The notes: generated by a model from the letters alone, not told the origin. A stretch of DNA of 63,639 nucleotides, filler included, from Octopus bimaculoides (GCF_001194135.2; 5 parts of 4 records of this genome joined end to end with filler, not necessarily neighbours in it), one strand, 5' to 3'; shown: positions 1-12,384, counted from the whole stretch's first letter. Made by a program: numbers and translations.

Positions 1-160
1 CGCTGCTCCTGTACAATATCGCTCGATACATTTCAAGGATTCTAAGTTTATTTCTTTTTGGATATTCAGTTATTCATTTATTTTGCCCTGGGGAATGCTA
101 CCCATTTTTACGACATGCAACGGAAAAAATTATGACATTCCTAGTTATGCTATTAATATT

Positions 161-211
161 TTGTTGTTGCCGTTGCTGCAGCTGTTGTTGTTGTTGTCGT
201 CGTCGTCGACA

Positions 212-258
<47 letters not shown>
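161..258. repeat. (GTT)n/(GTC)n compound trinucleotide microsatellite
   Basis: Direct reading; explains the poly-S and poly-R ORFs at 83-364 and 98-283. Confidence 0.95.
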
Positions 259-1422
259 TATATTGTTGCTTTTTATTACCCAAATTTCAGCGCTGATAGA
301 AAATTATGAAGACAAGTATCTTGTATTTATTTTGGATATAGTGTTATGTTCGCTGAAATATTAACAACTCATATGTATGAACAGTGACAACGAGTCTTTG
401 AAGTAAACTAATATTTCGACTTCATCACAAAATGATTTCACATTCAGCAAGGTAGAGAAATCAGTGCAGCAACAACAAGGAAAACGAAAGAAAGTTGGGG
501 TGGGTATACAGACGTGAAACAGATTGCCACAAAGGAACATATGTAGTTCCTTTGTGGCAGCAATATGTAGTGCAGCCCTCCATAAGACACCAGCAAAACC
601 AAAACAAATAATTTAAGACATTTAAATAACTGGGATGTACCCAGAGGTTACAGAGTATCGCACTTCTGATTGTAACATTTTGCAAGTACACAAAAAGTGT
701 TTGGACTATTAAACTTATTGAACTATTTATTAATGAAGCTAGGAGCAACACTTAAATAGCTCACTGAGATGAAAGTCATTTTGATACTTAAAAAAATAGA
801 ATTATCCCATAAAACATCGGAGCCGGAGTATTCATGGAAACAGTACAAAAACTATATTTATAAATGTTGATTTCAATGATATTGTGAGGGACAAATTCTC
901 GTCTGAAAATAACAACCCAACTCACGTCAAGAATAACAGTAGGCCCCAAAGGGTCATATGGTTGTGAACCGAATTGCTGCTGGACAAAATTATATCTTTA
1001 GATTGTAAAAGGAGAGAGAAAGATTTGAAATTGATGTTGGTCGATAACCAGAAGCTCTTCATCGTGTTCTTTGCACATATATTCTAATAAATTTAGTTAT
1101 GTGTAAAGTAACATCAATAATAGTTTCGGACGTTAAACGCATGCAATTCGAAAGACCAAGACAGAAGAAGGAATTTAAAAAGCAATTTCTGTCACTGTAA
1201 GAAGAAGAATATTTAAAAGAGACTCCCGTAACCCAATCCTTTCCTGCTCTAGGGCAATCCTTTAACCAACTTACTAAGCCATACAATATTTAGATACAAA
1301 TGCTCTAAGAGAACAACTAAACATCGTTTGTCTATGCATGATCTCTAGTAGTATACTGAGGGTAATGAAAAATGCAAAGGCAATTACGTAGATAAATTTA
1401 CAAGAACCAAAGTTTAGAAATA

Positions 1423-1624
1423 TGGCAGAACCTCGATTTTCGAACAGCTCTGATCACGAATAAATCGTACTTTATCTCCTGTCTTTCTCATATTCATTTA
1501 ATACAGTAGTATTTCGGTTTACAAACGCCTCCGATCGCGTGCTTTATATATATCTCTATCTATATATATATATAAAGCTCGATTTATTCGCGATTAGAGT
1601 TGTTCGAAATTCGAGGTACTACTG
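1423..1624. mobile_element. Tigger/pogo-like MITE, ~200 bp
   Basis: 45-bp imperfect terminal inverted repeats (1423-1467 and 1580-1624, right end reads CAGTAGTACCTCG on the minus strand) with TA on both sides (1421-1422, 1625-1626). Confidence 0.8.
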
Positions 1625-2672
1625 TATGAGCTAAACCAATTCTGAAGAGAAAAGTATTCTTTTTTTTAAAAAAGAAGGCACAATTATCATGACAAACAAA
1701 AAGAAAAAGAGAAATTAGACTAAGCACAGATTGAGAAAAGCTTTAAAAAATTAATGAAACAGACTATGTTCAACACAAACAAATGACAGAATACAAATAT
1801 TAGAAACTTATTAGGTTACTATTTAAAAACAGAGAAAAATGTCAAAACTAAGGTAATAGATATCAATACTCGAGCCATTCGATTAGTAAGTTACGATTAT
1901 AATATTCTCATTAGGAAGTTAACTGAATTAGGAAGGCTAGATAAGAAAGCAAAAAAAACTAATGACATACAAAAACAGGCATAGAAATTTTATATTCACC
2001 ACGAATACAGACAGATAGGAACAAGAAAAAAATTATCTTAAAATATTAATTATAAGATTATAAGATTACTAAAATAACTAGCAAAAATATAGGTTGGCCA
2101 ATGTGGATAGCTACAAAAATTGAACGCAACGAAAACTTGTTTCTTGTAAAAATAAAAGCAACGAAATATGAGGGAAAAAGGCTGAGGTAAGGCAGAGATG
2201 TGTACTAGATGGAGAAACAACAGGAATTATTAACTAAGACAAAAGGAAAATATGAGTGCAAAACTAGATATTTAAGGCATTGAAAGTAAAAAAAAAACAT
2301 TGCCAATATCTGACGTAACTGAGCACAGTTGAATTGCATATAGAAAAGTGTAAGAAAAATGATGCATATATATGTGTATTGGTTGCCATAGGATCCATGG
2401 ATATTATAAATAATATTTAATAGTATCCTAAGGATATGGTGAGATGGTATCATAAAGATACATGCAATGCCGTAACATATGTAGCAACGGTTTAATAAAA
2501 GTATAAAATCTCCATCCGTGCTCATTATTGACATATATATCCTACGCTACACAAATCAATTCCATACTGTTGACCCGGCATGTTAGGAATAATATACGGT
2601 AGCCAGCAACAACTAGCATAGGAGCTTTTATGAGCGCACTTGTAGACAACTGCCATATACATAATACAAACA

Positions 2673-2740
2673 TGTATGTATGTATGTATGTATGTATGTA
2701 TGTATGTATGTATGCATGCATGCATGCATGTATGTATGTA
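2673..2740. repeat. (ATGT)n/(ATGC)n microsatellite
   Basis: Direct reading. Confidence 0.95.
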
Positions 2741-2821
2741 TGGGAGACCACTGCAGAGATGCTTCCGGGAAAAAAAACCGTTGAAAAGCCGATTATAGAA
2801 GTGACTCGATCAATTCTTAGG

Positions 2822-2863
2822 GATATCTGAAGAAGGAATTTTTATATTCCGAAATATTATATC
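2822..2863 (+). ncRNA. Minimal type I hammerhead ribozyme motif
   Basis: GAUAU-CUGAAGA-A-GGAAU-UUUUAU-AUUCC-GAA-AUAU-U-AUAUC: stem I GAUAU/AUAUC, stem II GGAAU/AUUCC, palindromic stem III AUAU, intact core. Confidence 0.6.
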
Positions 2864-3654
2864 AGACTATGAATGATTAAATTATGACAGTTAGTATAGT
2901 CCATTGTTGTTATTATAGTGCATTATTGTGCCATTCAAGACACATTATTTTTTACAAACAATACACAATGCTTCAAGCGAACTACAATAGTCTCCTACAG
3001 AACCTCCTATGTATGTATATTTATATGTATGTACGTACGTATGTATCGATATGGAATAAAAGCGCTAAACAGGGATGTACATAAATATAACTTTGTTATC
3101 AGCTCAAATATGTTTGTGGCATATTTGAACCAGTAAAAAAGATACTCACTGCATATTTTTTGTCAAGGTGAAAATTTCTCGCTGTTGACATATATGCGTG
3201 GTAAAAGCATGCATTGGGATGTTAGATGAGTGTGTGGAATCAAAGTGACAGAAAAGGGGTGTGAATACGAGCAAGATGATTTGATAGCAAACGATAATTA
3301 GAAAATTTTATGGCATTTCCCATAAAGTGTGACATACTGTTGAGTAAGTAAAGAGGTCAGATAAGAATGTGGACGAAATGAAAACAGTAAGATCATATAA
3401 TTTGCAATACCACATAGGAGTGGACGGTAAGAATTTAAGGAATATCAGGAGCTAACCAGGATGATTATTATATTGTGGAAAAGGTGACATTTGCTCGTGT
3501 GATATTTGGTGCACTTAGCACAGTACTCAAACTAATACATAAGCGGATGAAGTATATTGGAATTGAGAGGACATTTTCGATCTGCGAAAAAGTGCCATCC
3601 TATATTCTGTTACTGAACCTGAAAACAACATCCCTGCACAATGGTTGCTTATAA

Positions 3655-3681
3655 TAACAGTAGTAGTAGCGGCAGCAGCAG

Positions 3682-3736
<55 letters not shown>

Positions 3737-3745
3737 TGTAGTAGT
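3655..3745. repeat. (AGT)n microsatellite
   Basis: Direct reading. Confidence 0.95.
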
Positions 3746-3939
3746 AAAAACAATAATGATACGGGGTATGCAATAATCACTCACCTGTTGAGTCAGTGCA
3801 GTATACAAGCACAAAAGGTTGTAAAGGTAGATATGACTGAGTAGGTAAAAGTGTGCACTGGGTGTGCACCGAGTGTGTAGCTTCTAAGCAACAGGAAAGT
3901 TGTATGGGTATGTATCTGGGGCTGTGCTATAAAAAAAAT

Positions 3940-4095
3940 GAAAACATAAGATCTTATGAGACTTCCCCATAAAACTGACGATACTGACAAAGAAAGATCA
4001 GATATGATTATAGAAGATAAAAAAAAGAAACAGAAACAATGTAAATCATAGCTGTGGCAATTACCTATGATAGCAGAGTCGATGCCAAATAAATC
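3940..4095 (+). mobile_element. Decayed R4/Dong-type endonuclease-domain fragment
   Basis: KIL*DFPIKTDDTDKERSDMIIED...IIAVAITYDSRV resembles KILWDF.I.TD....RRPDI......IIDVA.P.D of REL domains. Confidence 0.5.
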
Positions 4096-4249
4096 ATCAA
4101 AAATTAGAAATGTCTGAATTTAGTCAGAGAGCTGAAGAGAATGTAGAGTAATAAAACATCAGTCATTACGGTGGTAATTGGTGCACTTGTCACCAGACCT
4201 CAATGTAACTTTCCGGCTACTTAGATTACCATGAACAAGCTTGATGGTG

Positions 4250-4263
4250 GCGACGACGACGAC

Positions 4264-4295
<32 letters not shown>

Positions 4296-4326
4296 CAAAA
4301 ACGAAGACAACAACAACAACAACAAC

Positions 4327-4366
<40 letters not shown>
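4250..4366. repeat. Compound (GAC)(GAT)(AAC)(AAT) microsatellite
   Basis: Direct reading; the (AAT)n part is the 5' flank of the LINE fragment that follows. Confidence 0.95.
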
Positions 4367-4368
<2 letters not shown>

Positions 4369-4983
4369 GACTTGTGAAAATCTCGTGCAGAATGCGTACA
4401 AGCGCAGACACGACACAGTAACCCAAAACCTTCACTGGTTACTATGCCTGAAGTATGGATACGAGGTAACGGGTGCTTGGTACCAACATACACCGAAAAG
4501 GTAATGGACGAAAGGGGGAAGGCAAAAATCTCCTGGGACTTTGGCGTCCAGACAGACAAAGTGTTAGAGCATTGAAGGCCGAATATAGGAATCTTTTGGA
4601 GGAACAAACAAGAGTGTCTAAAAATCGACGTGGCGGTGCCAGGAGATCAACTTATTATTATAAAAGAAGGAGAAAAGATTTATGAATATGGAAACCTGAG
4701 AATTGAGATCGCCAAGATGTGGCAGCTACGAAAGTCAAACAAAGATTTTGTCCCTGTTGTCATCGGAGTATTGGGTGCAATACCATCTAACCTGAAAACT
4801 TTAGAAATCCCTTACAATCTAAGTGTATTACAAAAATCGGGATACTTGGAACTGCACGCATATTGCGTAAAGTAACGTTAGTCTGAGGTCCTTGTTTTGA
4901 TTTGATAAGCATTACAAACCCCCAATAGACACAATATCTTCAATCATCAACATTACGATTTTTGATATTGTGTGCTGTCTTAG

Positions 4984-4984
<1 letters not shown>
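4367..4984 (+). mobile_element. 5'-truncated R4/Dong-type LINE: endonuclease domain and 3' UTR
   Basis: CENLVQNAYKRRHDTVTQNLHWLLCLKYG...WYQHTP (frameshift) KISWDFGVQTDKVLEH*RPNI...IDVAVPGD...KEGEKIYEYGNLRIEIAKMW...PVVIGVLGAIP; YKRRHD and RPD..D REL motifs; flanked on both sides by (AAT)n. Confidence 0.85.
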
Positions 4985-5038
<54 letters not shown>

Positions 5039-5143
5039 CAACAACAACAACAACAATAATAATAATAATAATAATAATAATAAGTTTAGCACCCCTGTGG
5101 GCAATAAAGAAATAATAATAATAATCATAATAATAATAATAAT
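4985..5143. repeat. (AAT)n/(AAC)n microsatellite containing a short SINE-tail remnant at ~5083-5112
   Basis: Direct reading; gtttagcacccctgtgggcaataaagaaata matches the tail of the SINEs at 26907 and 36624. Confidence 0.85.
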
Positions 5144-5199
5144 GTACCGAGCACTGGCTCGCATGGCTTCTGGACTTTACTGATTGGAAGTGCTATCAC

Positions 5200-5575
5200 G
5201 TATTTTGTTTTCTCTTGGTATAATATTCTGCTCGATATCATAGATTTGCTTGTCAGTTTTTTTACCTTAACCAGTTGAACATGTCGCTTGGTGGCTGGCA
5301 ATATGTGCATCCCTGATTACGAGCCGAAGTAGTGGGGGATCATAGCCATGTGTTAAAAAGAAATTCCCTGGGGATTGAATAATTCATCTCTGGAAACATG
5401 GACATTTCGTTCAACATCAATAAACAACCCTTATTGAGCGACCTTTTCAGCGGAATGGGCTACTCGACCTGAAGATAATTCTAACTAGGCCCCACCTGCA
5501 AGGTCATGCACTGTTTATTTTTACATGAGATTACCATGTCGCGCACTTTCCATAATACCCAGCAAAATAAGCTGT
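5200..5575 (+). mobile_element. ~370-bp interspersed repeat module, homologous to 58995-59375 (opposite strand)
   Basis: Reverse complement of 59085-59370 aligns over most of its length (e.g. gcaggtggggcc-agttagaatt...gagtagcccattcc...aataagggttgttt); lies between (AAT)n runs. Confidence 0.75.
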
Positions 5576-5609
5576 GAGTTTTCATATAATAATAACAATA
5601 ATAATAATA

Positions 5610-5904
5610 CAAAGACCTGGAAATAGAGGTAACTCGAATGTGGAATCTAAAAATCAGAAACAATTCTTATCAATTCTTATCATATTATCTTAGGTATGAT
5701 AAAAATATATTCAGACAAATACATAAAAAAATCATCAGGACTAACAAATATATATAACATACAGAAAATTGCACTACTGGGCACTGCACACATCCTACGC
5801 AAAACACATTCCACAAGAGCATCACAGAAAACCACAGCACATACACAAGGCACACAGAGCTGCGCTCGGTAGTGAAGTAAAAGCACGCTATAAAAATAAA
5901 ACTA

Positions 5905-5908
<4 letters not shown>
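5610..5908 (+). mobile_element. 5'-truncated R4/Dong-type LINE 3' end (second subfamily)
   Basis: KDLEIEVTRMWNLK...GMIK.YSDKYIKKSSGLTNIYNIQKIALLGTAHILRKT, then 3' UTR, flanked by (AAT)n on both sides; same family as 12385-12507. Confidence 0.85.
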
Positions 5909-5976
<68 letters not shown>

Positions 5977-6169
5977 CCTTTCTCCTGGAGGCACAAGGCC
6001 TCAAATTAGATGGGAAGGGGACTAGTCAATTACATCGACCCCAGTTATTTACTGGTACTTAATTTATCGACCCCGAAAGGATCGATGCCACAGTCGATCT
6101 AGGTGGAATTTGAACTCAGAACGTAGCGATGGGTGAAATACCGGTAAGCATTTCGTCCGGCTCGCTGCC

Positions 6170-6171
<2 letters not shown>
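5977..6171 (-). mobile_element. tRNA-derived SINE, internally deleted head, tail type B
   Basis: Minus strand has B-box GAGTTCAAATTCC, central CCTTTCGGGGTCGATAAATTAAGTACCAG and tail GGCCTTGTGCCTCCAGGAGAAAGG; embedded in (AAT)n. Confidence 0.8.
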
Positions 6172-6221
<50 letters not shown>

Positions 6222-6223
<2 letters not shown>

Positions 6224-6495
6224 TTCAAGAATTAGACGAACTAGAAACACCTGCAGAAAAAGCTAAGCGCTTGAAAACCCGTGCAAAAATTGCTGCCTTA
6301 GATATTATGACTGAAAAATGGCATGGAAAACCTCTCAATGGCAAATACCCAAAGAGAGCGAATAATGCAGATATTGACAAAGCCCTTACCCACCAATGGT
6401 TAATGGCCTCTGGCTTGAAATCAGAAACAGAGGGGTTTATCATAGCAGCCCAAGATCAATGCCTACCTACAATGAACTACCAGGCCAACATATTA
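6222..6495 (+). mobile_element. R4/Dong-type LINE internal fragment (post-RT region), running into an N gap
   Basis: Open frame KWHGKPLNGKYP...HQWLMASGLKSETEGFIIAAQDQCLPTMNYQANIL matches the WL..G.LK.ETEG.I.AAQDQ.L.T motif of this clade; preceded by (AAT)n. Confidence 0.9.
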
Positions 6496-7282
6496 NNNNN
6501 NNNNNNNNNNNNNNNNNNNNNNNNNNNNNNNNNNNNNNNNNNNNNNNNNNNNNNNNNNNNNNNNNNNNNNNNNNNNNNNNNNNNNNNNNNNNNNNNNNNN
6601 NNNNNNNNNNNNNNNNNNNNNNNNNNNNNNNNNNNNNNNNNNNNNNNNNNNNNNNNNNNNNNNNNNNNNNNNNNNNNNNNNNNNNNNNNNNNNNNNNNNN
6701 NNNNNNNNNNNNNNNNNNNNNNNNNNNNNNNNNNNNNNNNNNNNNNNNNNNNNNNNNNNNNNNNNNNNNNNNNNNNNNNNNNNNNNNNNNNNNNNNNNNN
6801 NNNNNNNNNNNNNNNNNNNNNNNNNNNNNNNNNNNNNNNNNNNNNNNNNNNNNNNNNNNNNNNNNNNNNNNNNNNNNNNNNNNNNNNNNNNNNNNNNNNN
6901 NNNNNNNNNNNNNNNNNNNNNNNNNNNNNNNNNNNNNNNNNNNNNNNNNNNNNNNNNNNNNNNNNNNNNNNNNNNNNNNNNNNNNNNNNNNNNNNNNNNN
7001 NNNNNNNNNNNNNNNNNNNNNNNNNNNNNNNNNNNNNNNNNNNNNNNNNNNNNNNNNNNNNNNNNNNNNNNNNNNNNNNNNNNNNNNNNNNNNNNNNNNN
7101 NAAAGCAAACACATAATTTTCTTATGGTTTCTCAAACATTCACTTGAACAAAACTGTACAAATCCAAATATATGGTACCCTAGGCATAACACCTACATGA
7201 ACTTCTAACTTGTTGTCTCTTGAGGTCTCTGGGTGAGACTTGGATCCAACTTGTACAAATGCAAAACAAAAGTCAAACATAA

Positions 7283-7352
<70 letters not shown>
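7283..7352. repeat. (AAT)n microsatellite
   Basis: Direct reading. Confidence 0.95.
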
Positions 7353-7354
<2 letters not shown>

Positions 7355-10300
7355 TTTCTTCCATAAACACTTAATCTCAACGGTATTTGTATAAAGATAA
7401 TGCTCAACACATGCGTGAAAGTCACGCATTAGGATGGGGTAATTTGTCTACAAAATCAGCATCGGGCTTCCACTGATACATTATTTTATAGGCTTCTTTA
7501 ATCTCGGTGGAATTCGATCTTAGAAAGTCAAAATCCGGAACAAATACTACAAAGCATTTTATCCGGCATTCTACCGATTCTTCAATGTATTTATTTTCAC
7601 CATGGTGCAGTTCAGCTTTTTTTAATAATGGATGCATATCTCAACTGGCTATTCTTGAAAGAACCAATTCATTATGTTGTTGTTACACAGCTTCGTGTTG
7701 ACATGACTTTCTCTAAAATATCTGAGTAGATGCACGTCTTTATTAATAGATTTATTTAAGGAGGAATGCTTGTGATACTTCCTGACTACTGTTAGACATA
7801 CTGACTGTCTGGCTGCATCGGAATACAAAGCATTCATTATAGAGCCTGAGTAACGGGACAGTTGTCTAAATCAGCAAAAGCAAAACTATCTGTATTCTGA
7901 TCAAAGAAAACAACCAATAATTAATAACGAACATCAAGGAAATACTACTTGTGAAAATTATGTCAATCACCTTACACTGAAATAGTGCATTTTGAATTGG
8001 TTGCATTTTTCTATATAGTCGGAAAACTAACTTTATAACAGCACTATAAATAACAACGTGTCACTTGATATTCATACAATACTTTTTTATTCGTTAGATA
8101 TAATTTTCCGGTTTAATTTGATTTTTTTTTCTTTTGCCATACGTTCTGCTTGCAGAATATTTCACTGCAGCAGCTCTGTTGTTGAATAATTATTTTAACT
8201 ATTTTCGAACACATAAATACTCTTACATTCACGTTTCATTTAAATATTTATAATAGTGTCTGCTTTAAAATAATAAAAATTTCGTCGCACGTTTCCATCC
8301 TAGTCACTGACACAAATCCACTGCAACTGAAGGTATAACTAATTCATAGGATTTTGTGTTAGGGACTTAGTTGCAGAAGTGTAGTGAAACTTTTTTCTAC
8401 TTTATAATACACTGCATTATTAAGGAGTAAACAAAAAGTCAATTTGACAGTTTTTGTGTCTTTTGAAATGACTGAAATGACTCTTCTACTGTGTAAATGC
8501 TTTAATTTAAATACACTGTCTCCGATTAACTCACTTGTCAATCATGTACAAGCCTGAAATTACTAATGACAATTTACTGAGTCGTTCTTTGAAAGGACAT
8601 TTAAAATAACTATGTTTGAAATATATTTCGAAGTTGATTTGTATGAATTACTTTATCCTGCATGAGACATAATCTTTATATTATCCCACACCCCTTTGTA
8701 TGTTTTTTTTTTAAGATTAAAATAATAAATTGTTCGTGTTATACTTCATTTATTACCTTTCATGGAAGCAATTACACCATTCATTTATTTATAATTTATA
8801 GTTGGATTAACTACATAGGTTTATTACTATAAGTTCAGCAGTTCGGTGATTTTATATTTTCCCTTTCTTGGTTATGCTATATTTTATTGATATGATATAT
8901 CATTTGGATGAAAATTAAGGATTTGACATATAGCGGTGATTTAACAACTCACTTTTTATTGGACTGTATTTTATGATAAGTACTTAACTGAAGACAACTA
9001 TAAGATTACATCAGAAGCATTCTTTGAAACTGTAATGGTGCAAGTAATATAATAGCCCTATCATAGAAACCAACTTTCGAGAAGATCTTAAATACGGACA
9101 TTCAAGGAAAGGTTTAGATATAAAGGAGCAAACTGAAAAGCGTTTATACATAACAATAAGTTAACTCCATGATCAAAATAAGCTAAGAACAAAACAGTCA
9201 GGCAAGCAAAATTAGAATTAGATATAAAAGCATTGAGGCATGTGAATACAAGGATGTTAATGTGACCAATGAAATTCGTCGAGGACACGTATTGTCACGA
9301 GTATTGTCACGATAAATACACCGATGCATCAAGAGAAAAGATGCGTTCTAATTCCACTGGGGGATTACAGCTTTATTCTCTCACACAAAATGTTTGCATT
9401 CAGTGCACTTTGCTTTGTTGAAGCGCAAGCAAATAGCACATAATCACTTAATCAAAGAGAAAGAGATACAGACAGAGAGAACGACAGAAAGAGAGAGAGC
9501 TATCTGAGGTTCTTTATTTTCATTGATCATAAATTACAAAGAATTGATTTTAGTTAGACGTTTCCTGAATCTACACACAATTACAGTATTTGCTATTTGG
9601 TTATGAATTATCTGCTGCTTGTTAAATGACGCGTGAAAATTAAGAGTCCATAATATTACAGAAATGATACTTAATAATTTAGGTAAAAAAAAAAGGACAC
9701 CTTTAACAAACAGCAAACTTAAAAACACTTCATGTTCATTGATACAAAGCAAACACACTTAGAAAAAGAAACACGAAACAACGTTTCGCTTATAACATAA
9801 CAAAACATTTCAGACATTTAACAAAACATTTTGTAAACACTATGCCGCATAGTGTATGCACACACAGTCAAAGCTAACTTTTTACTGATAAATCATTCAT
9901 TATTTTATACATCTAAAGCTTTCCGAATAAAGCTTTGAAAATCACTGATTCGAATCCTCTGAAAGAATTAGTAACAAAAATGTATCTTAGTTATCTGAAA
10001 GTAAAACGTTTAAACTCATTAATCGGACACTTATTGTATTCACTAAACAATATTTGTTCTCAGAATAGTCCTTGTTAGTGGTTATGGTATTGGCAGGGGT
10101 AACAATGGTAGTGGCGTTGCTATTACTTTTGGTGATATTTGAGTAAAAGGGTTCTAACATTTGCTACTCTGTATTTTTGTATATTTACGGTCAGAAATAA
10201 CAGTTAAATATACCTTAAATTACATCCTAATACTAAATAACTTTTCGTAATTACTTGTCCTGTTAATTCCCCCACAATAAAAACGAAAAGATAGTCGTGG

Positions 10301-11979
10301 CTGGAATGTCTTTAATTATTTCTCTGTTCAATCAAGCTTCCTCTGGATCCAAAGAAAAGCAACATCAACAAAAATAAAAGCAATGCAATTGTACTGTTGT
10401 TTAGAAGAACAAGAATTTGGCAGAGTTCTTAAAATTGCAAGCATAACAGAATAAAGAGATATATTTGAAGGGAATGGAAATACACCATCTCAAAGTAGCA
10501 AATGACAGATGTCCGATGAGGAAGGCAACATAAGCATGTAAAACATTAAAGAAAAAAATTTTAATTTTCTAGCTCCAAACATGCTGCAGCTTTTCTTTCC
10601 GGAACCTAAGATTTGGGATACACTCTAACATCATCGATGAGCTAAGTGGAGTTGTCTAATTTATAGCCAAAGTAATGTTGAAAGAAGCATACTTCGCAGA
10701 ATTGGGTCTAAGGGTGTCGGGAAACTAGAGTAATTTCTTGAATAAGCTGATAACATGTACCTTAAGTGTAATAGCTAACTATAATATAATTGTATAGTCC
10801 CTGCCTGGTTTAAACATTGTTAGTTCAGATTTTTATTGTCAATACATATTTATGCAACAAAACAGTCAGTGTTGGATAAATTCACACATAAACTCATGTT
10901 GAATATATCCTGTCGTGCGAGTGGATGTAATGAATGCCAACAATGTAATGATTCTCTATTAAGCGGGGCTTGCTACCCTTGTATCAACACTGGGGTTCAA
11001 GTGAATGCTTATGCATGTAAAATGGTAGTTACTTAGCAGATATAGGACACGAAATGTTAAGACTAGGAACGACTTAGGAATACGATATTGTTAGTCAAAA
11101 TTTAATTGTGGCTTGTTATATCAATGCGTTCCTATATCAGCATTCTAGTAACATATTCAGTAAAACGTCAAGCAATTATAAACAACAGTTCCAAAGCAAT
11201 CAACGGATTAACTTAGGACAAGAAATGACACGGTGTCTTGTTAGGTTAAGTTATCAATTAAAGAAATACTCGGAGTAGTGTTAATTAACAGATACTAGAA
11301 CAGGTTTTCGGAGTTTAATCACTTGGTGCTCTAAATTGCAAATCTTTTATCATAGAAATAGAGTAAGTGTTTTATTTGTTTTAATGTTTGTCTCTTGAAA
11401 CAGTTGCAGAATGGTGAAAATTTATATAATTTAAGCAGGAATTGGTGGAAGTAGCAACACTTGGTGACAACTTCAAGCTTTGTCTTTTGATAATAAATAA
11501 ATTCTCTCTCTCTCTCTCTCTTTCTTTTTTTTGTTTTTACTTTTGTTTTGTGTGCAACATGAAGTTCTTTTTGCTTAAGTATAAATTGTATAATTTCGTA
11601 TCAATTATATACGTTCTGCTTTCCGTTAGAATCTTGCATTTAATTTCCAACTACATCTATAATACCTAAACTTCCTTAGTATGCATAGATACCCGCCACA
11701 TTACCTTTCGTACCATGTTTCCTTCAAATTTAAAATTAATATCGCTAAAACTGAATTACCTTTGCTGCATGAGTATTTTTTATACACAAAAGTTACACGA
11801 TAGGCTTCGACAGAATATACGTACAAGTTACTTCCAGATGTAATACCTACCTGCGAAACATAGCGTATAAGCAAACAATACATTAGTAGAGCTACAGATG
11901 TAGTAGTATCATCTTTCTGTTAAGTTTATCATGGAATGTCTAAGCGATAGTTGATGGGCAGAAATCACATACATTATTT

Positions 11980-12111
11980 ACACTTGACGGATATTTGTCC
12001 TCATCTTGTTTGTTGTTAACACAACGTTTCGGCTCATATACCCTCCAGCCTTCATCAGGTTTCTTGGGGAAATTTCGAACCTGGGTTCTCATTCTTTAGG
12101 TATTTTTCGAT
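11980..12111 (-). mobile_element. Hammerhead-containing module of the composite element (copy A)
   Basis: Near-identical to 59380-59495 over about 110 bp. Confidence 0.85.
12018..12063 (-). ncRNA. Minimal type I hammerhead ribozyme motif (slightly degenerate)
   Basis: GAAAC-CUGAUGA-A-GGCUG-GAGGGUAUAU-GAGCC-GAA-ACGU-U-GUGUU; core intact, one mismatch each in stems I and II. Confidence 0.65.
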
Positions 12112-12154
12112 CTTCTTCTTCTTCTTCTTCTTCTTCTTCTTCTTCTTCTTCTGC

Positions 12155-12240
<86 letters not shown>
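12112..12240. repeat. (TTC)n(TTA)n microsatellite
   Basis: Direct reading; another (TTA)n run at 12508-12563. Confidence 0.95.
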
Positions 12241-12384
12241 NNNNNNNNNNNNNNNNNNNNNNNNNNNNNNNNNNNNNNNNNNNNNNNNNNNNNNNNNNNN
12301 NNNNNNNNNNNNNNNNNNNNNNNNNNNNNNNNNNNNNNNNNNNNNNNNNNNNNNNNNNNNNNNNNNNNNNNNNNNNNNNNNNNN

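Larger units (their letters stand above)
760..3530 (+). mobile_element. Old, decayed R4/Dong-type non-LTR retrotransposon (RT + restriction-like endonuclease), interrupted by later insertions
   Basis: Frame-broken translations: ~950-1080 GSYGC..ELLLDKIISLDCKRREKDLKLMLVDNQKLF (cf. GSYGCKDQLLIDK..LEDCKRR.KNL.MAWIDYKKAF); ~1205 RRIFKRDSRNPILSC (RGIFQGDSLSPLLFC); ~1320 KHRLSMHDL**Y (HLLYMDDLKLY); ~1862 INTRAIRLVSY...ELGRLDKKAKK-LMT; ~2925 CAIQDTL; ~3190-3525 LHW...KILWHF...VIFGALSTV. Confidence 0.7.
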
